NCBI RefSeq assembly: GCF_001194135.2
Contig: NC_068991.1
Span: 36,824,574-36,888,573 of the forward strand
From: Octopus bimaculoides
Lineage: Eukaryota
Length of the DNA: 64,000 nt
Direction of reading: 5' to 3'
Shown here: in pieces, positions 39,601 to 51,949 of the stretch
Numbering within the stretch: the first letter of the stretch is position 1
Layout of the letters: every line of letters begins with the position of its first letter
Program-made: the position numbers and the translations under genes
Notes under the pieces: generated by a model
The model's input: the letters and a program-made list of their open reading frames with translations, nothing else
What the model was told of the DNA's origin: nothing
Database searches by the model: none

Positions 39601-39631
39601 CATCAGGGTATTTATTATTATTATTATTATT

Positions 39632-39825
39632 AGGGCAGTAAGCTCGCAGAATCGTTACCACACCGGAAAAATGCTTAGCAGCATTTCTTCTGGCTTTACA
39701 TTCAGAGTTCAATTGCCGCCGAGGTTGACTTCGCCTGTCATCGTTTCGGGGTCGATAAAATGGGTACCAACTGAGCACTGGGGTCGATGTAATCGACTTT
39801 GCCCCTCCCTCGAAATTATACCAAA
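39632..39825 (+). mobile_element. SINE family A copy
   Basis: gggcagtaagctcgcagaatcgttacc...ggtcgataaaatgggtacc...ggggtcgatgtaatcgac. Confidence 0.8.
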
Positions 39826-39922
39826 ATTTGATGTCATTGTTGTTGTTATAGTAGTTGTACTATGTTGGGCACATACATACATGCACACATACATATATAC
39901 ATACAGGCATGAACAAACTCTC

Positions 39923-39974
<52 letters not shown>

Positions 39975-40248
39975 TCCATCTAAAACTTTCACTGAGCGTC
40001 AATCTAATATATTCACTGTGTGCGTCTAACATGTGTGTATACACCACATATATACACATTTATACATCAACACACACACACATGCAAACACACACACACA
40101 CACATGCACACACACACACTCACATACACTCATACACAAAATGTATTTCAAGACATATTTGATAATCTAATAAAATAACTCTAATGTAACTAAAACTGTA
40201 TTTTAATAAATATTTGTAAACATCTTCTCAATAAACTTTCTTATACGT

Positions 40249-41254
40249 TTACTCTATGAATTCGCCTTCTGCTTCGATAACTGCTTCAATACAGAACCGG
40301 AACTGTTGACTGCTTGCACAAAAAGTTCCTTATGCATTTCGGGCGTTACCAGGGCAAAGGCGGCCTTTATTTGAGTTATGGTACTGTGAAGATGCTGACT
40401 CCCTTTCAACGACGTTCCGAACGTAATAGTCCTCGGGACTTAATAACAGTGAGTTTGGAGGCCACGATTTTGGTTTTACATGATCATAGTGATTATCCGA
40501 CATCCATTCTTGAGATTACGAGAGCTTTGAGAGAAGATGTTGATTTTCGTTGAAGTACTTATGGCCTTCCACTGCATACTTCATTTATCCCAGGCTTAAC
40601 AACTGTCTCCAGTATCACAGCGCATTCAGCAACATTAATTCTAAAACTTTGTGGAAACATGCGAGGTGGCATGATATAACCTTAATTACTCACCGCTCCT
40701 AAAACCACCATTGTTGTTGAAAATTTAGTGTGCATCACTCTGAAGATATCGGTAATATTTGCACAAACCATCTGTCATTTTCCCTGTTAGAATTTTCATC
40801 GAAGTTTTTCTCATGCCATGTTCGTAAGTGTTTTTAACCTTATTAATTAACCGCTGGTACAGATCAAACAGTTTTCCGCTGTTTTGCAAATATAAATTGG
40901 CCTTTTCACAGTACATTTGACTTTTATCGAAGCTCTTCGTGCACTACAGTTCTAATAGTCCCCTTCGATACCTGAAATTCTTTGTCGATTGCCGATATTG
41001 TTTTTCCGGGATCATCGTTGATAATATTTTGAACTCGTTAGATGAAATTCAGTGTCCTTATGATGTCTAGAACGTCTAGAATGTTTGTTTTTGTTTTTTT
41101 TTTCTTGATTGATAAGGTTAAAACCTTTCCACCAGAGGTTTCCAGTTCTATCCGAACTTGCTCTACAAAAGATCTTTCAATATTTAGAAAGAAATTCTAA
41201 ATCTCTGTGTTTCGCACATATGGCATGTCTTCATTTCATTTCTTGTGTTAGCAT
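40249..41254 (-). pseudogene. Decayed transposase of a maT/DD37D-like Tc1-mariner element, spanning the whole CDS
   Basis: Start MLTQEMK at 41254. Then HTKFSTTMVVLGAVSN*GYIMPPRMFPQ and ILETVVKPGI, matching maT-type TKFPA.VMVLG.VS.EG.+MPP.FF and LETVVKPW. End AVIEAEGEFIE* at 40249. Numerous stops and frameshifts. Confidence 0.8.
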
Positions 41255-41503
41255 TTTATCTGCCACGAACGATCTGAAAGAAATATGAAACCTTTTAATT
41301 GGTTTGAAGAGAGTAATATACTGATAATAAAGTGTCCTCAAATAATCCTTACAGCTCTGCAAGGATAATCTGGATCTTGACTGAAGAGAGAAAACTCCGA
41401 ATGACCTGTCCGTGTTTTCTTTGTATCGTCTATCTGGATGTTTTGTCCCTTTCTTGTGTCACCTAACTGTCTGGATGTTTTGTGTTCTTGTCCCACTCTG
41501 TAT

Positions 41504-41556
<53 letters not shown>

Positions 41557-43100
41557 CCAGGTAATCAGCGTCACTCAGGCTCATCACAAATTTCGCATAA
41601 GACACATGCCTGCCCAAAACTTCACATTTTTTCACAATATTTCTAGCCTCAAATTGCTTATTTTTTTATATCTAGTCCTTTTCCATTCCTAAGTTAAAGG
41701 TAAAAACAAAGCAACCCTGAAAAACACAGCTGATCTTTATACACAGACGCACAGAATAACAGCAATCAAATAAAGGCAGCGGAGTGCGCACAAGCATCAG
41801 TGATCTGACTGTCGCCTGTACTCTTGATAAGAAATACCAGTTAGTCTTTTACACCTACTAAGCTCGTTCGTATAAGCCCGAGTTGCTGGATAATTTTTCT
41901 TTCCTTTAAGAATATTGTAGAGCGAAAACTTTTCATGGATTGGAATTTAAATCCTAATCTTTATAGCAATTTATTGTTTCACGAAAATACTGAATTTGAA
42001 TTATTTCTAATTTTTACGATAATAGGTAACAACTCGAGTTGTAACATTTGAGCCCGAGTCAGGCGCGTGTGAATGATGTCACTACAAATGATATTTTTGA
42101 TACAGAACTGCCAGACGTTGAACGAAAACAAATGAACTACAACCAGGCTCAATAAAAGAACATCGAGTTATTGGCTGCAATTACATACTTGAAGTCAGTG
42201 TTGGCAGAAATTAAATCAGCTTGCATACACACATACATACATGTATATATACATATATACATGTATGTATGTATGTATGTATGTATGTATGTATGTATAT
42301 ATATATATATATATATATATTACATTCAAATACACACTCAGACTCACATTTACTCACACCACATCATATTGGCAAGAAATATATTAAAAATACATTAAAA
42401 TGAAAAAAGAAAAAATCCAATAATCAAAACTGAACATAATTAAATAAAACAAATAATAAAGTATCAATTCATTTTGTAAAACGTTCTAGACGTTTCGTAC
42501 GGAATATCTAATCTTTGTTGTTTTTCATCATCGGAGGACACCCCCTATCTTTAGATGATGTATGTTGTTAATACATGTGATTCACCGGTGTAAGGTGACT
42601 TTGAGTCACTGTGGGATATAACGACTTCGTTGTGTGTCTTCCCAGTCAAAACTTTCCCACCTGACCAATGAATCTGGTATGAGGACGAGTAGTTGTTTAT
42701 AGTTATCAGCAAACAAATTATTTACTGATGTGTGCCGATGTCTGCCAAACAGATAATACTTCGTGGGGCGCAGGCAGAACAGCGAGAATACAGGCAAGCG
42801 CACGAGCGGTCCGGCGGGGTTGCTTTGATTGAGGAAACATGAGGTCTGAAACAACGCAGTATCTCAAAATACCCCAACAACGGTGAATCACGTGAGTTAT
42901 GACCCCAAATAGTCTATAAGCAGATATTGTTTTCTGATGATGAAAAGCTACAGCGGTCAGGGATTCACGTTCGAATTTCGTGTTCATTCAGAATGAATAG
43001 ACATTGATTGGATTCTCGCTGCTTTGCTTGCACTTCATGAATTAATAATTTTTTTTTTTTCTTTTTTAACTAGTCAAACATAGTGGAAAAGAAATGGGAG

Positions 43101-43136
<36 letters not shown>

Positions 43137-43158
43137 AAAGAGAGAGAGAGAGAGGGAA

Positions 43159-43189
<31 letters not shown>

Positions 43190-43337
43190 AAGAGAGAGAG
43201 AGTGAGAGAGAGAGATAGATAGAGAGAGAGAAAGAGACAGACAGGCAAAGACAGTGAGACAGACAGGCAGACAGACAGACAGACAGACAGACAGAGAAAA
43301 GAACGAAGAAATGAAGAAAGGAAAAAGAAAGAAATGT

Positions 43338-43369
<32 letters not shown>

Positions 43370-43671
43370 AGGAAAGAAAGAAAGAAGGAAAGAAAGAAAG
43401 AAGGAAGGAAGGAAAAAAGAAAGAAATGAAAGAACGAGTGAGAGCGGCCAACATATAATTTGTCACAGCTTAGAGAAGTGTTAATTGTGTGCAGTGACCT
43501 GAAATTAACAGGAATCAGGACGTAGTAGAGATAAAGGCGGGGATGAGGCGGATGCGAAGATGGGCGGAGCTCGGTTGAGACGGGAGAAGGGGATAATTGG
43601 TTGAGCCAGGCTCTCCTTTTGTTGTTGCTTTTTTAAGTCAAGCTTCCGTAAAAAAAAAAATATGTCATTAA

Positions 43672-43702
<31 letters not shown>

Positions 43703-45234
43703 NNNNNNNNNNNNNNNNNNNNNNNNNNNNNNNNNNNNNNNNNNNNNNNNNNNNNNNNNNNNNNNNNNNNNNNNNNNNNNNNNNNNNNNNNNNNNNNNNN
43801 NNNNNNNNNNNNNNNNNNNNNNNNNNNNNNNNNNNNNNNNNNNNNNNNNNNNNNNNNNNNNNNNNNNNNNNNNNNNNNNNNNNNNNNNNNNNNNNNNNNN
43901 NNNNNNNNNNNNNNNNNNNNNNNNNNNNNNNNNNNNNNNNNNNNNNNNNNNNNNNNNNNNNNNNNNNNNNNNNNNNNNNNNNNNNNNNNNNNNNNNNNNN
44001 NNNNNNNNNNNNNNNNNNNNNNNNNNNNNNNNNNNNNNNNNNNNNNNNNNNNNNNNNNNNNNNNNNNNNNNNNNNNNNNNNNNNNNNNNNNNNNNNNNNN
44101 NNNNNNNNNNNNNNNNNNNNNNNNNNNNNNNNNNNNNNNNNNNNNNNNNNNNNNNNNNNNNNNNNNNNNNNNNNNNNNNNNNNNNNNNNNNNNNNNNNNN
44201 NNNNNNNNNNNNNNNNNNNNNNNNNNNNNNNNNNNNNNNNNNNNNNNNNNNNNNNNNNNNNNNNNNNNNNNNNNNNNNNNNNNNNNNNNNNNNNNNNNNN
44301 NNNNNNNNNNNNNNNNNNNNNNNNNNNNNNNNNNNNNGAGGAGGAGGAGGAGGAGGATTCTTTCTCTATTTCATCAATAGAGCCCATTGTACATGCAAAG
44401 ACTCGATAGAAAGTATACCCTTATCAGACGGTAGTCGTGATGGGTATACAAGTAGAATTTAAGAATGTGTAGGGGTGATGTTTTATAAAAACAAAGTAGG
44501 TAACTTATATATTAAAATAAATAATGAATAATAAACTATCTTGCTACAAAATTTTTATAATACATACAGGCTGAATGATCTCATCATTCATAACTATCTG
44601 TAGATCTTTTCATAAATCTTTGAGTAAGAAAGAACACTGTGCTTGTTTAGAAGGGACTTGACTGTTAGATAAGAATTTGTTCGTGATTTAGGATAATTTC
44701 TGTATGAAAGGTGATTTTTTGTAAGTAACGATTGTATAAATATAACAAATGATTTGGCTGTAGTTAATACTGTTTACTCCTGGTGCAACTGGAAACATTG
44801 TTATTACTGCAGGTCTTATATAAAAGGTAAACGAATTATTGTAGATAATCAGCTATGAAGTAAAAGTAGTGGAAATACACCATGAATAAATGATAGTTGT
44901 GAAATACAGATTTGTGCAAAAATTGTTTGAATAAATGTATTTTCATTAGTCAGATGAAATATTAAAAAATATACAGAATGGTATTAATTTATGTATTTGT
45001 GGAACGCTGTTAAAACATCCGGTTTGTGTGATTGACACTGGGCAAATTCCTGAAAATAAATTTCAAGAATTTGTCTGAAGGGTCAAACATTGAACGATGC
45101 TTACGTTCATGACTCCTCTATCGTAAACTGTACAATTGAAACATTGCGATCTACGTTATGAGTACTGCGTGTGTATATATATATATACATATACGATTAA
45201 ACAAAATATAGAGTTAAATGTAAATCTGTATACG

Positions 45235-45281
<47 letters not shown>

Positions 45282-45433
45282 ATGGTAATGATAAATGGAA
45301 ATTCAGCAAACTCCAATGAGTGAGCGAACAATTAACTTTCACATAATATTTGATGTGACAGTGATATTTGTATATACATATACAAATAAATATACATATA
45401 TACATATATATACAGACGTATATGTTTGTGTTA

Positions 45434-45464
<31 letters not shown>

Positions 45465-45574
45465 TGTATGTATGTATGTGCGTGTGTATGTATGCATGTG
45501 TGTATGTATGCATGTATGCTTGTATGTATGCATGTATGCTTGTATGTATGTATGTATGTATGTATGTATGTATG

Positions 45575-45795
45575 TTTTTTGTTTTTTTTTTCTTGAGACA
45601 GTTCAAGCCGGTCTCTAACAAAGCAATAAGTCATTTTGAGTTAAAAGAGTTCCCCGTGTTTGTAAATATGTGTTTGAGTTGGTGTGTTGGTTTGAACTGT
45701 CGATGCATACATAAGCATCTTAGACGGGGAATTTTTGGAATGTCTTACAAATCTTCACTGTGCCACTAACAGATTGGGTGTGGAGAATCCGAGTC
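45575..45795 (-). mobile_element. 3' end of the (CATA)n-associated R4-type LINE (third copy)
   Basis: Minus-strand QSVSGTVKICKTFQKF (after a frameshift), then a UTR and an A-rich tail running into (CATA)n at about 45435-45573. Confidence 0.75.
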
Positions 45796-45975
45796 AGTTT
45801 TTTTTTTTGTTCTTTCTCCGAGTATTTCTAGGTTTTTGTGCAAATTTGTTGCTACATAAGATGAAGCACCTGTGATGATAATTACACGTGAAAATTCATT
45901 GTCAAAGTACAAGAGTAGTAAGTTCCGCATTAATTCACCATAAATATTCTCTTTTCGTTAGGCTTTTGAATTTAG

Positions 45976-46048
<73 letters not shown>

Positions 46049-46691
46049 NNNNNNNNNNNNNNNNNNNNNNNNNNNNNNNNNNNNNNNNNNNNNNNNNNNN
46101 NNNNNNNNNNNNNNNNNNNNNNNNNNNNNNNNNNNNNNNNNNNNNNNNNNNNNNNNNNNNNNNNNNNNNNNNNNNNNNNNNNNNNNNNNNNNNNNNNNNN
46201 NNNNNNNNNNNNNNNNNNNNNNNNNNNNNNNNNNNNNNNNNNNNNNNNNNNNNNNNNNNNNNNNNNNNNNNNNNNNNNNNNNNNNNNNNNNNNNNNNNNN
46301 NNNNNNNNNNNNNNNNNNNNNNNNNNNNNNNNNNNNNNNNNNNNNNNNNNNNNNNNNNNNNNNNNNNNNNNNNNNNNNNNNNNNNNNNNNNNNNNNNNNN
46401 NNNNNNNNNNNNNNNNNNNNNNNNNNNNNNNNNNNNNNNNNNNNNNNNNNNNNNNNNNNNNNNNNNNNNNNNNNNNNNNNNNNNNNNNNNNNNNNNNNNN
46501 NNNNNNNNNNNNNNNNNNNNNNNNNNNNNNNNNNNNNNNNNNNNNNNNNNNNNNNNNNNNNNNNNNNNNNNNNNNNNNNNNNNNNNNNNNNNNNNNNNNN
46601 NNNNNNNNNNNNNNNNNNNNNNNNNNNNNNNNNNNNNNNNNNNNNNNNNNNNNNNNNNNNNNNNNNNNNNNNNNNNNNNNNNNNNNNNNNN

Positions 46692-46909
46692 AGTCATTGT
46701 TATGATCGGCCATTATTATGATTGACCGTTGACTGAACACTATTCAATTTTTTTTTCTCCGTGTTTTTCTCCTTGTCTCCGTATTCTTTCTGTTGAAGAG
46801 CGTAGCTCGAAACGTCAAAGACTTTCCGTATTCCCGAGCGTCATACTAATATATACTTTTGTTATTTACACCACCTGTCCTCGTCTGTTGTTATTATTTG
46901 TATATTCTC

Positions 46910-46912
<3 letters not shown>
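46692..46912 (+). repeat. Interspersed repeat resembling Penelope-like terminal repeats, with a degenerate hammerhead-like core
   Basis: ttgaagagcgtagctcgaaacgtcaaagac. Related motifs at about 8095-8135 (-), 21765-21795 (-) and 41372-41415 (+). Confidence 0.4.
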
Positions 46913-46963
<51 letters not shown>

Positions 46964-47411
46964 GCACACACACACACACACATATATATATATAAATATA
47001 CACACACATACACATATGTATTCTTATTGAATAGATTAACACACGAACAGACACACATCATGTATATGTATGCCAGTGTGTATGCGTATGCAAATGTGTG
47101 CAATAAAAAAATCTAAGAAAATATAGGTACTTCGATACACATTTAAATATTGTACCAATCCCTTTTCCTCTATATGTATGTGTGTGCATGTATGTATGTA
47201 TGTGTGTATGTATGTCTGTGTACACATGTATGTATGTATGTGTTTATGTATGTATGTGTGTATGTATGTATGTGTGTATGTATGTATGCGTACATGTATG
47301 TATGCGTATATGTATGTACGTATGTCTCTGTATTTACGTATGTGTGTATGTATGTGGGTGTGTATGTATGTGTGTGTGTACGTACGTAAGTATGTATGCG
47401 TTTGTGTGTGT

Positions 47412-47643
47412 TATTTCTTTACTACCCACAAGGGGCTACACACAGAGGGGACAAACAAAGACAGACAAACGGATTAAGTCGATTATATCGACCCCAGTAC
47501 GTAACTGGTATTTATTTAATCGACCCCGAAAGGATGAAAGGCAAAGTCGACCTCGGCGGAATTTGAACTCAGAACGTAGCGGCAGACGAAATACCGCTAA
47601 GCATTTCGCCCGGCGTGCTAACGTTTCTGCCAGCTCGCCGCCT
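47412..47643 (-). mobile_element. SINE family A, full length and close to consensus (young)
   Basis: Near-exact reverse complement of the consensus, including the long tail, inserted in (TATG)/(TG) DNA. Confidence 0.93.
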
Positions 47644-50600
47644 GCGTGTATATATGTATGTATGCGGGCGTATGTGCGCGTGCTTCTCTCTTGAGCACGA
47701 GCTGTGTTCATCGTAGGTAAAGCGGTGGCGATGGTGGTGGCTGTGGAACAAGAGGGAAGGCGGTGTCGCTTTGGCGGTATGGATGTGCAAGGAAAAGTAA
47801 TAGGACTCTTAAAAGTTAAAATTGGACAATGATCCCAAAGAAAAGTAGTATTCGACGAATAAAGGAGAGGGTGTTAGGAGATAAATATCGAGTTCTCTAC
47901 TTAATTGTAATGCAATCGTCTTTCCCCATCCTCTCTTTCTCTCTTTCTCTCCCTCTCTCTTTCTCTCTCGCGCACACACACGTACGCACCCCCACATACA
48001 TACACACATACATTGATATATACATATCACTTTTTACTTGTGTCACTCATTGGACTGTAACCATAATCCAATATATATATTGTTATGGTATATTCTATAA
48101 AAAAACGTAGTGGGGGTACAGTGGAGTACAAAGAAATAAAAATACCAATCCCTTTAAAACAGCAACCATTTTAACGGTACCAGAATCACCATTCCACTAC
48201 ATCTACGCATTCAAAGCAGTCTGCCAACGGCCCTTGATAAGCTAAGTGACTACTGCTAAATTCAGGTCACAACAGACAGACAAGATGTTCTTGAAGTCGA
48301 AGATTTTAAACTTACTGAGACAATATTTACATATCGCCTGAGGAAACACAACTAGATCTCATAATGCAGAGAAACAGTTGCATAATCAAGTACTTGCACA
48401 CCTGGAGAACTTCGTTGCGTCGAAACGATTGTAGTGATTAAAACATAAATGTCCAACCGTACTCCTTCTTGTTGACTCCAATTTCTTCAATTATATATAT
48501 ATAGACACGCGCGCGCGCGCGCGCACACACACACACACACACNNNNNNNNNNNNNNNNNNNNNNNNNNNNNNNNNNNNNNNNNNNNNNNNNNNNNNNNNN
48601 NNNNNNNNNNNNNNNNNNNNNNNNNNNNNNNNNNNNNNNNNNNNNNNNNNNNNNNNNNNNNNNNNNNNNNNNNNNNNNNNNNNNNNNNNNNNNNNNNNNN
48701 NNNNNNNNNNNNNNNNNNNNNNNNNNNNNNNNNNNNNNNNNNNNNNNNNNNNNNNNNNNNNNNNNNNNNNNNNNNNNNNNNNNNNNNNNNNNNNNNNNNN
48801 NNNNNNNNNNNNNNNNNNNNNNNNNNNNNNNNNNNNNNNNNNNNNNNNNNNNNNNNNNNNNNNNNNNNNNNNNNNNNNNNNNNNNNNNNNNNNNNNNNNN
48901 NNNNNNNNNNNNNNNNNNNNNNNNNNNNNNNNNNNNNNNNNNNNNNNNNNNNNNNNNNNNNNNNNNNNNNNNNNNNNNNNNNNNNNNNNNNNNNNNNNNN
49001 NNNNNNNNNNNNNNNNNNNNNNNNNNNNNNNNNNNNNNNNNNNNNNNNNNNNNNNNNNNNNNNNNNNNNNNNNNNNNNNNNNNNNNNNNNNNNNNNNNNN
49101 NNNNNNNNNNNNNNNNNNNNNNNNNNNNNNNNNNNNNNNNNNNNNNNNNNNNNNNNNNNNNNNNNNNNNNNNNNNNNNNNNNNNNNNNNNNNNNNNNNNN
49201 NNNNNNNNNNNNNNNNNNNNNNNNNNNNNNNNNNNNNNNNNNNNNNNNNNNNNNNNNNNNNNNNNNNNNNNNNNNNNNNNNNNNNNNNNNNNNNNNNNNN
49301 NNNNNNNNNNNNNNNNNTATATATATTTACTTTTATTTATATATGCATGTGTATATATAAATATATAAATGAATTCATACATACATTCATATGTAGAGAG
49401 GGAAAAGTGCGGAGATGAAGGGTTGGAAACTGAAGAAGGTGTTTGAAAGACCAGCGAAGGAGAAGGGAGATTAAGTGAGACATATTGAAATAGAGCTGCA
49501 AATTGTTTCTTAAAGATGTCTAGAAAGTAATTTGAATGGATATCGGGAAGAAGACATTGCATGGTTTAACGGTTTAAGTCTTTGTTAAGATGATTAGCAG
49601 CTTATACAGACTAATATACTTAACAATAGAGAATTGGCCCCCAAGTCGCGAACTCGGCGTGTCAGAAGCCAAGCTTTATTTTGCAGCAATTGTCAATGTA
49701 CTGTTATTAATTGTTTGCTCACAGGGGACACATGAGCTCAGGTTAACAGAAGGGGAAGTGAGACTATATGACATTCATGCCGTTCTCAAGAGCATTTACA
49801 ACATAAGTGGCTCTTCGGCCGGAAATCGGAATTAGGTCATGGATCCGGCTGGACGGAAGCTTGTCGTTTGCTTCCTTAACGGAGTTCGCAATTCACTGGA
49901 CATTATTAATTATCAAACCGAACGGAAAAAAAGAAAAGAAAAGAAATAGAAAATGAAAACAGATAAAATAATAAGCTAAAAACAACGAAAATCCATAAAT
50001 CAAGCCCTACGAAGTGCATGCTCAAAAGATTCGCTGTTATATTCTCTTCTCATATGGTCTTCCTTTAGCTCTAAATAAAACAAATATCACGAGAGAAAAA
50101 GAGAAAAAGAGAAAAAGGAGATTCAGTCGCTAATTAGTCTTTGACTTTCTAAATATGGAGACTTTTTTTTATATTATTTACAACTTATGGAACGGTGTAG
50201 GGAAGGGTAATATAAAGCGGCTGAAGAACCCTTGAAGGATTTTTTTGTTTTTTTTTATGTAAGGAAATATACCCTATCCCTTCTAGGTTCTTTTGTTCGT
50301 TACCATTGTCTTCCGCAGTAGGCGATACAGAATGCTATCTTGACGGACGTATCTTCGCACCTAGTCCGGCGGTGTGATCTTGTTCACATCAAACTCTGTT
50401 CTTGTAGCGTCGCCACGTTTGCCATAAGCATCTTAAAAGGAGGAATGGGGAAAATATGGAAGCTTCTTGCAGTGACTATAGACAAAACTGATTGATCCAA
50501 CAGTAAACAGTTTACATCCGACTCGATCCCTCTCAAGATGTTGAAGATGTTCCACCTGCAGTAGAATTAACACAAATTTGTTAAGTATATTTTTATTACT

Positions 50601-51054
50601 ACTAATTGTTTGTCAGTTTTAAATATCATAAAGCAAATACTGGTTGTTGTTGCGTTTGTTGTCCCCCACTCAACATGCGTCAAACAGATCTATGATCAAA
50701 AGCCTCCTAGCCGTGACCATCCATTTTTCAGATACATTTTCTAGAGCAATGACACTCAAACGTCGTGTTTCTAGGAGTCTATAGGTGTGGTGTGGAATTT
50801 GAAAAATATAATTTAATGGTTTAGAAAATCCATTCTTCTAATGTTTGTTTGTCTTGAAAAACCATGTTATTTAGAATTTCATTTATACATATGATTAGTA
50901 TTAAAACTGGTTATTTTATCCGAGATTATAAGTGCTTCCATTTGTACGTGCGAGTGTGATTAGTATTAAAAAAACTGGTAGGCAATAGTTTGTTTTTTCT
51001 CGTTTATAAATTCAAGACAATTTTTGCTTAACTTTCCATGTGTTATGCACCAAT

Positions 51055-51099
<45 letters not shown>

Positions 51100-51949
51100 N
51101 NNNNNNNNNNNNNNNNNNNNNNNNNNNNNNNNNNNNNNNNNNNNNNNNNNNNNNNNNNNNNNNNNNNNNNNNNNNNNNNNNNNNNNNNNNNNNNNNNNNN
51201 NNNNNNNNNNNNNNNNNNNNNNNNNNNNNNNNNNNNNNNNNNNNNNNNNNNNNNNNNNNNNNNNNNNNNNNNNNNNNNNNNNNNNNNNNNNNNNNNNNNN
51301 NNNNNNNNNNNNNNNNNNNNNNNNNNNNNNNNNNNNNNNNNNNNNNNNNNNNNNNNNNNCAGCAAAGAATGCCAGTTCTTCTAATTTATCACTCTTTACA
51401 GTTCTCATCTTTTAAATTTATTATACAAAACTGTTCAGCTAATTTGTAAGATTGTCTAATTAGTCACTTTTTTCTTTATTCAAGGTAGTAAATTTGCCAA
51501 ATTCTACTTAAATAAGTATAGTGTTATTCATAAACTATAATAAAATAAGTTTTAATATTCAAATTTTAATTTTAGCTGCAATATTTTAAGTGAAAAGTTT
51601 CTTATTCTTTACTTTACTAGAAGTAATAATAGCTTGTCCTATACTTTTCCAGGTGTAATAACTTGTCCTGTACTTTTCCAGGTTTATAATCTTAAGAATA
51701 TGACTTTTCATGCTCGCATTTTTCCATGTAATCCATGATTTTTCGAAGCATTGCTGTTATAAGATAATTAACGTGTCAATTAATAATTTAAGATTTTACC
51801 TTATAAAATACTGAAAGATAATATTTCAATTTTTCCATGAAAGTGATGATAATATTTTAATTTTTTCATGTTTAATTTAAATATATGTTGTGGCTGAATT
51901 ATTTGACATTACTCATTTACACCAAATTAATAGCAGGGATTTTTACCAT

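Noticed and set aside
48130-48440. NGTRITIPLHLR resembling a gypsy integrase Zn-binding region
   Set aside because: A single short motif without the downstream H/C residues; insufficient.
50300-50420. GDTECYLDGRIFAPSPAV after an acceptor-like site
   Set aside because: No good donor; the opposite strand weakly resembles an RTE LINE relic, which is the simpler explanation.
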